DNA of 62,872 nt, the filler included, from Octopus bimaculoides (Eukaryota): NCBI RefSeq assembly GCF_001194135.2. It is 4 parts of 3 records of this genome, joined end to end, with 100 filler letters (N's around TTAATTAATTAA, not from the genome) between each part and the next. Parts side by side here need not be neighbours in the genome. Positions count along the whole stretch, not along the records: positions 1 to 15,700 come from NC_068983.1; 3 more parts are not named here. One strand, 5' to 3'. The position numbers were made by a program, and so were the translations under genes. Positions within the stretch are counted from its first letter, which is position 1, and every line of letters begins with the position of its first letter. Under the pieces are notes generated by a model that was not told where the DNA came from, did not search any database, and was given only the letters and a program-made list of their open reading frames with translations. This document shows positions 1 to 12,669 of this stretch, in pieces.

Positions 1-1031
1 TAGAATTAGAATTAGCATAAAGTGGATAGATACATTTTTAATGGTATTGATAAAAAAAAATCTATCTATAAAATTTAAGCAATTATTTATTGAAATGGAG
101 AAAGAAGATATGGTTAATATATATATGTGTGTATGTGTATGTATGTATGTAATAATAGTTTGCCTGTCATCTTTATCTGACAATGACCTCACAGCTACTG
201 AAAAATAAAATAAGTGGAGGGGGAGAGAAGGAAGACACATGAGTATTGCTCATTTATTTATTCTTAAATCTAGAAGGCCTTTTTGTGCCACATACCACAC
301 ATTGATGTTCTTTTGTACCAGGGTTGTTGTGTTATGTTTGAGTTCTGAGCCTCTACTATGAGTGATTTATAAAGATTCAAAATCCTTCAAGTCTCTGGTG
401 TTCACTTTCTTCCATGCTGACATGTCTTCCCTTAAATTTGGGTTGATTTTGCAGTCTTTCACCGTTGCTTTCAGTGTATATTTGAATCTTTTACTTGATG
501 TGCCAACATTATATTTTCCATTTGAAAATTCAGAATGGAAGATTGGCTTTGGCAGTCTAGAACTTATCAATCTAACATTCCAGCCCAATGCAGTGTGATT
601 TACATAATAGAGGATAGTTTAATTGCACATCTATGCACATTAATTAATGTATATTTTACATACAGCAGTTATTTTAGATTCCANNNNNNNNNNNNNNNNN
701 NNNNNNNNNNNNNNNNNNNNNNNNNNNNNNNNNNNNNNNNNNNNNNNNNNNNNNNNNNNNNNNNNNNNNNNNNNNNNNNNNNNTATGAGGAACTTATTGT
801 ATAAATAATTTTCATATAAATCAATATACCATAACATGTGGATGTGCACCTATATTTCCATCTTTCCTCTTAGAACTAATTGCTTTTTTATCTCCTGAAA
901 GCTTTGTGGTCCTATCAAAAATCATATTTCAAGAGAAACTGGAGATTACTCTTACATTTCATTATTCTGCAATCATTATTATATTCAAAGTAAATCATTA
1001 CATTTAAACATCTTTCATATGAAACAAGATC

Positions 1032-1037
1032 TTTATT
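1032..1037 (-). terminator. Candidate polyadenylation signal AATAAA
   Basis: The minus-strand AATAAA lies about 50 nt downstream of the stop codon. AATAAA is common in AT-rich DNA. Confidence 0.35.
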
Positions 1038-1085
1038 TTAAAATACTGAAATTGCAAATGTTATTTGACTGTCAACAGATTTGCT

Positions 1086-1198
1086 TCACTCACAAACTTG
1101 ACAGGACTTCTTGCAGTAGAAAAGCATATAATCTGGGTTTGATTTACATTCACCCATCTCAGCCCAAGCTCCACATTTGCCATTCTCATCTGTACAGG
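1086..1198 (-). CDS. Terminal coding exon: ShKT domain 6 and stop
   Basis: tttcgttctag|CC...TGT GAG TGA. Encodes CTDENGKCGAWAEMGECKSNPDYMLFYCKKSCQVCE*. Confidence 0.92.
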
Positions 1199-1798
1199 CT
1201 AGAACGAAAGAAGTAAATATTAATATAAGACATGAAGCAAAACCAATAATGAAGTTAATTGTTAGTCTCTTTCAATAAACAGGATATTGAATGCTATACC
1301 AGCTTAGACAGTACTGAATCTAACATATAAAATGCTACATGATCTTATTGTCCTTGTTCAAACAAAGATGTGTCATTAGAAACTCTTTCTATAGTGCATA
1401 TGTCACTGATGGTACCACACTAATTTCTTCATACAAGCTGGTTGGAAACGAGGCTTGGATGAAAAAGATCTACCTTATTTCTTCAGTAATTTTAATGGGA
1501 TGCAGCAATAAAGATATCCAGAATGGTAGTAGAACCAAATCTAGATTAATAGTATTCTTAGATATTTAAATAACAATTTTTTCAGACATTTCTCACTGAT
1601 AAACTGTACTACTGCAAAAGGAAAAAAAATACAGGCATGGCTGTGTGGTAAGCAGCTTGCTTCCCAACCACATGGTGCCAGTTTCAGTCCCACTGCATGG
1701 CACCTTGGGCAAGTGTCTTTCTTCTACTATAGCCTTGGGCTGATCAAAGCCTTGTGAGTGGATTTGGAAGACGGAAACTGAAAGAAGCTAGTCATATA

Positions 1799-1876
<78 letters not shown>

Positions 1877-2177
1877 TGTCCCTACCATCATTGCTTGACA
1901 AGCAATGCTGATGTTATTATGTCCCCATAACTTAGGGGTTTGGCAAAAGAGCCCAATACTATAAGTACTCAACTAAAACTCTTTAAAGTAGTGCTCCAGC
2001 ATGGCTGCAGTCAAGTGACTGAAACAAATAAAAGAATAAAAGAACTTACTGAAACAGACTAAGGTCTCAAATATTAACATAGTATCAACTGGTGGCAGGC
2101 TTCATAGAGCAAAAAGTAGTTGCTCACTAGTTCAGTTCAGAACAGTGACCCTGTTCTATTTGTATCAAAGCTTCTTG

Positions 2178-2210
<33 letters not shown>

Positions 2211-5200
2211 CTCAGCAACTGATGTGAGCAAATCACAACAATTTTGCACCCAAATACAATATGGTTTATATTCTATGTAAATAAAATTAATAAAATACTA
2301 TTTTCTCAGTTTTAAAGAAACTCAAGTTGCAGCTTACGTTCAGCACCATAGGCTTCGGTATTATGTCCACAAGTATTACAGGATTTTTTGCAGTTATTTA
2401 GCATATAGCTTGGGTTCCTGTGACATTCTCCAGTTTCTGCCCAATCTTTACAGTGCTTGTTTCCATCCAAACAATCTGGAAAAATAAAGAAGTAAATTCC
2501 GTAATGATCCTCAATGGTGTCTAAAATTTCTAACTTCTGGTTTCTAATATTAAAATTATGAGAGAGAAATTTCTTATTGGCTAGGAAGCTGGTATACCAT
2601 AAGAAGATTAGAGTTCAAAAGCCAGCTGCTTCTTGCACAGTTTAGAATGAAATAAGATAAAATATTACACATATAGTCTACTGTTATTGTAAATATATTT
2701 CTATGTTATGTTTTAGAATTCATCAACTCATACTAGATAATGGGATCTGTGAACTGATATAATGTATATTGAATTTAGATTTATTAACAGACACATTTTT
2801 CCCTAAATCCACCAACAAATTCTTCTAAAATTCATCAACCTGTATTCTTTAAAGGTCGTCTCTCTAAAAGAGCCTTGAGTGAGACTATATCTTAATTGAT
2901 ATTCATGCTGTTTAAAGGCTGATAAAATATACTCACCTATATAAACAGTTTCTTCATCTTTACCTCCACCGGTACACTGTGAGCAGGACTTCTTGCAATT
3001 CTTCAACATATAAGCAGTATTAATTGTGCAATGGCCAGCTTTGGCCCAGACTGGACACACAGCGTTACTGTCGTCACACTTTTCCTCAACTGTAAATAAA
3101 TGTAAAATATATTTTTTAAAACAGTGGAACTATTTAAAACCAATGATGCTGAATTTTCCATACCAAACTTTTGCAGAGTTTATAATTTAATATTGTTGCT
3201 AATAAAACGTGTAATAAAATAGTTGTTGGTTGTCTATCAGCTTACTACTTTTCTGATACAGAGTCCCATACCAGCTGCAAGGCAGATTGTTGTTTATATA
3301 TCATCATTTAACATCCCCTGTTTCATGCTGAGATTTATTGGATAGTCTGAAAAGAACAGACAAACCAGAGGATTCCACCAGGTTCTGTGTTTGCTTTGAC
3401 ATGATTTCTACAGCTGGATGCTTTTCCTAATGCCAACCACTTTACAAAGTATGCTGGGTTCTTTTTACATGACACAGGCACCAATGAGTTCACCAAGTAA
3501 TCACAGGATAAGATCTCTCAAGTGAGTGGGTGTAGACCATAGAGATAAGAAACTATGATGGGTGGGCAGGAGCATCTGTCCACCTGGAGAGAGAGTAGAA
3601 AGAAAGGATGTAAAGTACAGGTACAAACACGCACACACACACACATTTATGAGGAAGAAGCTGTGACCATGACGTTTGCATGCCTTTTAAGACTGAAAAG
3701 TTTGATACTGTTAATTTTCTTTTTTAAACTTTTGCAAGAAAGGTATGATAAGGAAGAAAATCCCAGAGGCCCATTGTTCTAGGGAGGAAAGATTGGGCAT
3801 AGTGGTCAATGCAGAGTAAGCATGGCTGGATGCAACAAGGGTGAGGCGAGAGCTGGCAAGACAAAGGAGATACGAGTGCCTGGTTAAGGGAGGGGAGATG
3901 AAATCAGCAAATTCTGAAGAGCAGAGGCCATTATAAAGAGTTTATATTTGTAAGAAAATGTATGTATTAACATTGAAAGGTAGTGAAAACAATAGAAATA
4001 ATCATCAGAAAACTAAAGGACTATTGGAATCATAACCACTGAGACATCCAGAGTGAAATACAAGCTGGTGGTTTTTCAAGTAGCCACCAGAGCAATATCA
4101 GACCAATAAAATTCTAAACTAGATACTGTATATGTTGTTTCATTTACTTGAGAGGCTATAAATAGTTTTACTGAAATTGCTCAAAATAAAACTGAATTAC
4201 CCCTTACCATCTTAAAGAAAGGACACATTGGACACTCTAACACTGTATGGTAACCTATTGCTGGAAGTTGGATCAGCACTCAAGAAAATTGTCCAAATGC
4301 AAATTCAGAGTAAATTAGACACAAAAAATTATGTAATTTACTTGTAGAAATTTTTAGATTTTCACAAGTTTTTCGGTAGAATTTTGAAATATTCCAGTTG
4401 TGAAGAAAATCTAGTTTCTATGTTTATTTATATGTTACACCATGTCTCGTTGAAAAAAAAACAGCAGAAAACAAAATTGTATGAATTCAGTATCTAGAAA
4501 TGTTGACACAATGGTAATAAATGCATGTCATTTTTGGATTTTGCACCTCAAAAACCCCCTAGTTTAAGTCCAAACATTCTGATAACAGAAAAATTTTGTT
4601 GACCTGTGTAATTAACAGACTAATTTGTTGACATCTAAATGAACACGTTCATTATTGGATTTTTACGCTTTGTAGACTTCTTTAAATAAATTATTATACA
4701 TATAGTCTACTGATATTGTAAATATATTTCTATGTATGTTTTACAATTCATCAACTCACACTGGATAATGGGATGTGTGAACTGATATAATGTATATTGA
4801 ATTTAGATTTATTAATAGACACATTTTTTTCCTAAATCCACCAACAAATTCTTCTAAAATTCATCAACCTGTATTCTTTAAAGGTTGTCTCTCTCCAAAA
4901 GAGCCTTGAGTGAGACTATATCTTAATTAATATTCATGCTGTTTAAAGGCTGATAAAATATACTCACCTTCATCAACCTTTTCTTCCTCTTTACCTCCAC
5001 TGGTGCACTGTGAGCAGGACTTCTTGCAATTCTTCAACATATAAGCAGCATTAATTGTGCAATGGCCAGCTTTGGCCCAGACTGGACACACAGCGTTACT
5101 GTCGTCACACTTTTCCTCAACTGTAAATAAACGTAAGATATATTTTTTTAAATAGTGGAACTATTTAAAACCAATGATGCTGAATTTTCCATACCAAATT

Positions 5201-8200
5201 TCACAGAGTTTAAAATTTAATATTGTTGTTAGTAAAATGTGTAATAAGATAGTGTTGGTTGTCTACCAGCTTACTACTTTTCAGATACAGAGTCCCTTAC
5301 CAGTTGCAAGGTAGGTGGTTGTTTATATATCATCATTTAACATCTCGTATTTCATGCTGAGATTTATTGGATAGTCTGAAAAGAATAGACAAACTAGAGG
5401 ATTCCACCAGGTTCTGTGTTTGCTTTGACATGATTTCTACAGCTGAATGCCTTTCCTAATGCCAACCACTTTACAAAGTGTGCTGGGTTCTTTTTACATG
5501 ACACAAGCACCAATAAGTTCACCAAGTAATCACAGGATAAGATCTCTCAAGTGAGTGGGTGTAGACCATAGAGATAAGAAACTTGAAATAAAACTGAACA
5601 CCCCTTACTATCTTAAAGAATGGATACATTAGACACTAATACTGTATGTACAAAAATTGGATGGAATGATTTTAAAGTTTTCTCAATCAAGGCTTGTGTA
5701 AGGAAGTGAATATTGCTTGAGACAACTTTGTTTTAGAGTATGTTTCCCGTCTTATTTCAAAGAACTATTGTCTTAAAGATTCTCTATATCTAAATATTTC
5801 TGAGTTTTTGTTTTTCTTACCTCTTAGTCAGGAGTAAGGACAGTGTCCATGACAGTTTTGAAGAGGTGTGATGCTGGGGTGAAGGAAGATTGTAACCTAA
5901 AATTGGAGATCTGACTCAAGTACTTGCAATAGAGCTGAACTCTTCTGCTAAATGAACACAAGGGCCAAGTAGTAGAGCTAAACTAGACAACAGCTTAAGT
6001 CTACCTACCCACCCAAATTGGCCACAGCAGGATTTGAACTCAGAATACAAAGGGCCAACTTCTGTTGTTCACCACTTGAGATTGGTACTTATTTCATTGA
6101 CCCCAGAAGAATGAAAAGCAAAGTTGATTGTGGCAGGATTAAAAATCAGAATGCATGAAGCCAGAATAAATACCACAAGGTATTTCTTGCAGTGTTCTCT
6201 AATTTGCTGCCTTTCAGAGTTAAATTATTGTTTGATATTTCCATACTAGTCCCATGATTGTTTTAATGTTTTTTACCTTATTTTTTGAGTGATCAAACAT
6301 CTGATTGTCCGAAAATCTGCTACTCCTAAACCTGGCTCTAAATTAGGGACCTTCATATTCAATTCATGTTGTCAGTCTTTTTAACCATTACAGTACAACA
6401 GACCATCATAAAATCTGATCATCTTAAACATATTTGATCCATATTGTGCTTAATGGGCTTTCCAGTTAGGTATTTAGTGAAATATAAGTATTTTTATCTG
6501 TTACATTAATATCAAGCGGTGAGAATGAGTGCTCAACACCACATTGGTGGTTAAATATTCTTTATTCATAGGGTAACCAGACTACCATTTGTTTCATGTT
6601 GGGAAAGATATCTCTCAACAATTTATTCAAGTCTGTACCTTGGGACGTTGGTATTTGTCTCCATCTTGGAAAAACAAGGTATTTTTATCTATTTTTTTTC
6701 TTTAATTTCTGTGAAGGCATGTGGCCCTTTGATTAGTGAGTCAGGTTCATGATCATTTGGTCTTGGGTCCCTTTCCTGGCCAAGTGTCACACTGGATCCT
6801 CAAGAAAGACCCTTAATTTTACAATGCTTTAGTCCAGTGCTCCACAAACATGTTTTCACTTGCAGTACACTTATATTCTTTTCAAAATTTGGCGGCACAC
6901 CTGAACTAAAAATATAACTAAAAGTATAGGAAGAAAATTATATTCAGGTAACACTACAGCATTGTCTCATGAGACACCAGTGAGTCGTGAAATACCGGCT
7001 GCAGAGCACTGCTTTAGTCAACTCAACTGGTGTAACCCTTTCTCCCTCAAGTTGTCATATCTTTGCTCTACATCTAAAGTATGGTACATGCTACTAAGTC
7101 ATACAAAAATCACTTGCAAGTGATTTGTTTTTTAATCAGTTTCTACTGGTGTAGATGGTGGTAAAAAAACCTGGTAGTCTCATGTTTGTCTAGATATTTT
7201 ACCAATTTGGCAGTCTAGTGTTAAGTGATACAAGCAGTTATTCAAAACTTCTTGAGTAAACTTGGGTTTGATAATTTCCCCAAGGTGTTGAATGATATGT
7301 AATGTGTTTAATTCTTGACTTCACTAAAAATGTCAGAGGAATACAACAGTAATAGATCAAATTCTCTTGGTGAAATTATTTAAATATTCATAATTAATTC
7401 TTTAAAGATGTGGAAGACTGTATTGTCCAATATACTCTTTCCATTTTGTTAAGATTTGTGGAAGATTTAGCTGTTATCTTTAGCAGATTGAGCAACTATG
7501 TAAATGTTCCCTATTGGCTCGTTATATTGATGGTTGATCTTGTTGGTATATATTCTTTGAAAAAAATCAATTTATATCTCAAACCAACATGACCCGCATC
7601 AATCTCCTGCTGATAGAATTGATGTTATGAGCTAAGAAACTTAAACATTAATGAGATCACAAGGAATGCAGTCACTCGATTTGTTAGAAACAGCAACCAA
7701 ATCACCCTCAAATCACACCATGATGTCTTAAAAAGGACAAGACACACTGGATAATTTTAGATACACTGTCAGATAAAAACATGTGCTACCCTTGTCTGAA
7801 ATGTTTTTGATCATAGATATGTTCACTTAGTGGAGGCGCAATGGCCCAGTGGTTAGGGCAGCGGACTTGCAGTCATAGGATCATGGTTTCGATTTCCAGA
7901 CCGAGCGTTGTGAGTGTTTATTGAGCGAAAACACCTAAAGCCCCACAAGGCTCCGGCAGGGGATGGGGGAGAACCCTGCTGTACTCTTCCTCTACAACTT
8001 TCTCTCACTCTTACTTCCTGTTTCTGGTGTGCCTGTAATTCAAAGGGTCAGCCTTGTCACACTGTGTCACGCTGAATATCCCTGAGAACTACGTTAAGGG
8101 TACACGTGTCTGTGGAGTGCTCAGCCACTTGCACGTTAATTTCACGAGCAGGCTGTTCCATTGATCGGATCAACTGGAAACCTCGACGTCGTAAGTGACA

Positions 8201-11200
8201 GAGTACCAACAACAACAATGTTCACTTAAGACTGACCTGGAGTGGAACAACAGGATTATTTAAATTACTCATTAAAAAAAAAAAACTAAACTGTCCACAT
8301 CAGACTCAGAAAAATTGAATTGCAAAAACTTACTAGAATTACAGGACAACATTCAACCTACTAAAAATAGCAGCCAAATCTCCTTCAATTCTTTGTATAC
8401 CAATCTGCTTTGACTACCCCTTGTTCTATGGTACAAACTTCCCATTTTAAAGTAATCTAAATTAAATTATCAGGAAATTTTGATACAAGATTTTTTGTTC
8501 CAAGCAGCAGCTTAATAATGACAAAGGTATTTTACTAAATTCATCCTTTTCAAAATTAAGACAAATGTATTTCAATAAAAATATGGTAACAAAAAGGTTA
8601 AATAATGCACTACCATATTGAAAAGATAAATTGAATACTGTATATGCAACATATAAATTGGATAATATATATTGACCACTCAGGCAACCATGTGGTCTTG
8701 AGTACAGTCCTGTTGTATGGCACCTTGGGAAACTTCTACTATAGACCAAGGCTTATTAATGCCTTGAGAATGGTTCTGGCAAATAGAAACTAAAAGAATC
8801 CCATTGTGTGTGTGTATATGTACCTTGTTTTGGCATCATTGATGATTAAATGAACATCATCTTCATACAAGCCATATTGTTCTTTTCCAGTCTTTGATGA
8901 GAACATGTTTGGCAATGGAGAAATACTACCTTGTTTGGAAACAAGTGAGGATTGGTGACAGGAAGGGCATCAAGCTGCAGAAACTGTCTCAACTGCAAGC
9001 ATGGAAAAGTGGAGGTTATACACAATGTACATCACCGTCATTGTTTATGCAAAACCAATGAAATAATTGGCCAGTCATAAAAGGAAAACTTTTGGTCATA
9101 GGGCTATTCTGTCAAACAACAACAATATGAACTGGTGACTTCTCCATCCTAAATACCAACATGCTGTTATATTAAACCTTTGTTACTTGTGAAACCAACA
9201 CAAACTGAATTATTGTTTTACTATTACCTTCTGTACCATTGCACTGTTTACAGGATAATTTGCAGTGTACTAACATATATACAGGGTTTTTACTGCATTC
9301 TCCAAGTCCTTCCCAATGTTTACAGTCTGTGTTATCATCTTTACAATCTGAAATAGAAATAGGAAAATAGTTTAGAAGGAATGAAAATGAACCAATGTGC
9401 TGTTGCAGTAAAGATATATTTGTATTGAAAATATTTGAATATTTTTGCCCTTTGTTAGTAGTTTGTTCAAATGTGATACTTTGATTTTATTCACATAATG
9501 GATTTCTTTTATTTTCACTTTAAAAAAAAAAAAAAAAATTTTTTTTATAGAAACCATAAGCAGTTTGGTTTAGAAAGAAATGCAATGATGAGACATTCCT
9601 ATATCAGAAATCAATAACTTTAAACTATTCTACAATACTTGTACCACAAACCTGTTTATTTTTATAATACTTATTGTATCCTTTAATTTAATTATCATTA
9701 TTATAATTAGGTAATGATAATTCTATCACATCTGAATTATCAAAGCAGGAAAAAATTATTGGCAAGTCTAAAAGCAGGACAAGATAATTGCAGCAACTAC
9801 CAGATATTATAATTGCTTATAGCTGCAATAACTGTTTGAATGTGAAGAATGCATAGAGTTTGTCCAAAACTTTAATTTTGTCCTTCAATTCCCATTAAAG
9901 TGTTGTATTAAAAGCATCAAGATAAACATTAAGCATTACAGAGAGAAGAACATTGAAAACCAAGAGAGTTAAGTCATTGCTTCTGTAAAGGACAACTTAG
10001 GAATATTAAATCAAATAGGAAATAGCTATTTTATATGAAGTAAATAATAAATCATCCAAGTGCAATATGCTAGTCATATTGCACTTAAAAAATTTCCACT
10101 ATTCCTCTCTCACACCCACAGCTTTGCGTATACTAAATATATGGCTCATATTTTGTATTCTAAGACATATTTCTTCACATTTAATTTTTTTATGATGATA
10201 TTGAAAAAGTGAGTGGATGGTATTACATATCACTCAACCAGCTTACATAGCAACAACAATCCACTTATACATACCAGTTATGTTTTCTGTATTATTGTTT
10301 CCTTGAATTCATTAGACTCTGTTAACCAATCCAACCCATGCTAGCATGGAACATGAACATTAAATGATGATGATCTCACTTTCTATATCTCTCTTTCCAA
10401 ATCTCACTAACACGTTATATCATTCTTGTTCTTCAAAAAGTATTATTATTTCTGTATTATTTCATCAAAGTTGTGTTTGCCTTTCACCCTTTCAAGATCA
10501 ATATAATAAGCACCAGTCAAGTACTGGGGTTGGTGAAATCAACTAGCCCACCTCCAAAATTTTAAGCCTTATGCATATAATAGAAAAGATTAATATTATT
10601 ATTATTGTTGTTGTTGTTATTATTATTGGATGAGTGGGATGTGAGTGATGATATTTTCAATTCACTAGGCTTAATCAAACAGACTGAAAAATTATTTCAC
10701 TTTACCTTCGACCTTTTCATCTTTTCCACCTTTGCATTTACCACAGGATTTTTCACAGTTTTCTAACATGTATAAAGGATTCAGTTTACATTCATTCATC
10801 TGAGCCCATACTGCACATGACCTATGGTAGTCTCTACAAACTGTAATCAAAACAAAAAAACATTATTCATGCTGCATTGAGACATTTTCCTTTATATGCA
10901 GCTTCTTCAGCTGATAAGATGCCTGTCTATCATCTCAATGTGACTTTGGCAAATGAGTAAAGAGATGTGACTCTCTTAGAGTTAACATATATAAACAACA
11001 AATATTTATATTGTTGAAAACTATTTCATTACACTTGCAGTATTAAACTTGAATCTTCCAATGAGCAACATTGCTATGCACTAGTTCTTGAGTAAAGTTA
11101 TTCTTAGCTACTTGGTGCCTCAGAAGCTTAGATAAAATTCAGTAATATCAGTAGTTACTTCAACATTAAAGAATTGACTTACTCTCTTCTTCTTTAGGTT

Positions 11201-11278
11201 CAGTTACACCTCCATTACCACTTGTATCTGTAATAATCAATCAATTGTAATAATAATTGTAATAATGATAATAATAAC

Positions 11279-11330
<52 letters not shown>

Positions 11331-12621
11331 GCTTGCAGGACCCGTGAATATTTCACAAAATTAATAGCACACCTATTGGGTTATTCCTGAAAATTTTATC
11401 CAAAAAACCTGAAAGTGTAGCTTGTGTTGTCTCTATCAAAAGTTAGTCTCTCATCTGCTAGTCATTGAAAAATGAAGGAAGCTGGAATACAATGATTACT
11501 TAACACACTTTATATGTACACTTTATATACTTTATGCACAATTTCATAGACTTAATACGCAGCACTCGTAAATATTCACTCTTATTTTTCCATTTTCCCC
11601 ATAAACAAAATACAGACTGTCCTCATTTAACGACCGAGTTACGTTCCAACAGCCCCGTCGTTAAGCAAATTCGTCGTTAAACGAATATTCATAGTGCACG
11701 TATATTTTTTTATAGGTATAGTGTACTGTACGTACATATAAAAACAGAATACCGTACTGTATAAAGTATATGTAGTACAGGATCAAGAATCACTAATATA
11801 AATTGTTGAAAAATTCATAAGTAACAGTAAGATTATCACAAGGAAAACCTTAAAAGTTAGGATATGGATACTGTAGCTCAGACATCGTAAGTATGTTTGT
11901 GATTCCAGGCCCAGAACATAAGATGCATAATAAACCTTTCTCAGCATTATATAGAAAAGGTGAAAAGGTTTAAAGGAAACTCAAACATAATAACTTTGTT
12001 TTACTTTGGATAAAGATTACAAAAGCAACTCATTCTTGACATCAAAATGCATGAAAAATCCCGTCAGTGTTGTTTGCTTTGTTATCTTCTTTTTTTCGTC
12101 ATAAGTTTCTCGATAACATCGTCATAAATTTCTCGAAAACACGTTCTCGTACAGCGCACAATACGACGGTCAAAGTTTTTAAGTTTTTATACTTTGTAAA
12201 ATATGTAATGACGGCTCGTAAAGTTCGTCGTATCTCCGAGTGGTCGTTAAATAGGTAGGTCGTTAAATGAGGACAGTTTGTAAAGTATCCCAATCATATG
12301 ATACAACCTTTAGTTAAGTTGCATTTATCTGACACGTAAATAAGCGTGAATATTTCACAGAAATGCACTTATGCGCATGTACTAAGTGACAGGTAATATA
12401 GAAAATACACTTTTCACTATCCAATCACCACCACCTCCAAGATAATGATAATAATAAAGTGTACGATAGAGCCTTATTCTTGGATAGTGGAATGCATGAA
12501 ACTATTTAGTTTAGTCAATAACATTATTCTTCAGGTGTATCCACACAAGACTGAACTGATACCATGAGAAGAGAGGCATTCAAATAAGGAGGATCTGCTA
12601 ACATGATAGTGCATCATTTGT

Positions 12622-12669
<48 letters not shown>

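Larger units (their letters stand above)
2665..5650. repeat. Local tandem duplication carrying a ShKT exon (about 2665-4250 vs about 4695-5650; offset about 2.03 kb)
   Basis: Intron, exon and an embedded SINE are near-identical in both copies. The left copy has an extra about 620 bp (about 3555-4180). Confidence 0.9.

Noticed and set aside
5821-5896. Possible extra exon (ttttag|...AG|gtaaga) inside the ShKT gene
   Set aside because: At 76 nt it would break the frame between phase-1 exons, and it has no recognisable motif.
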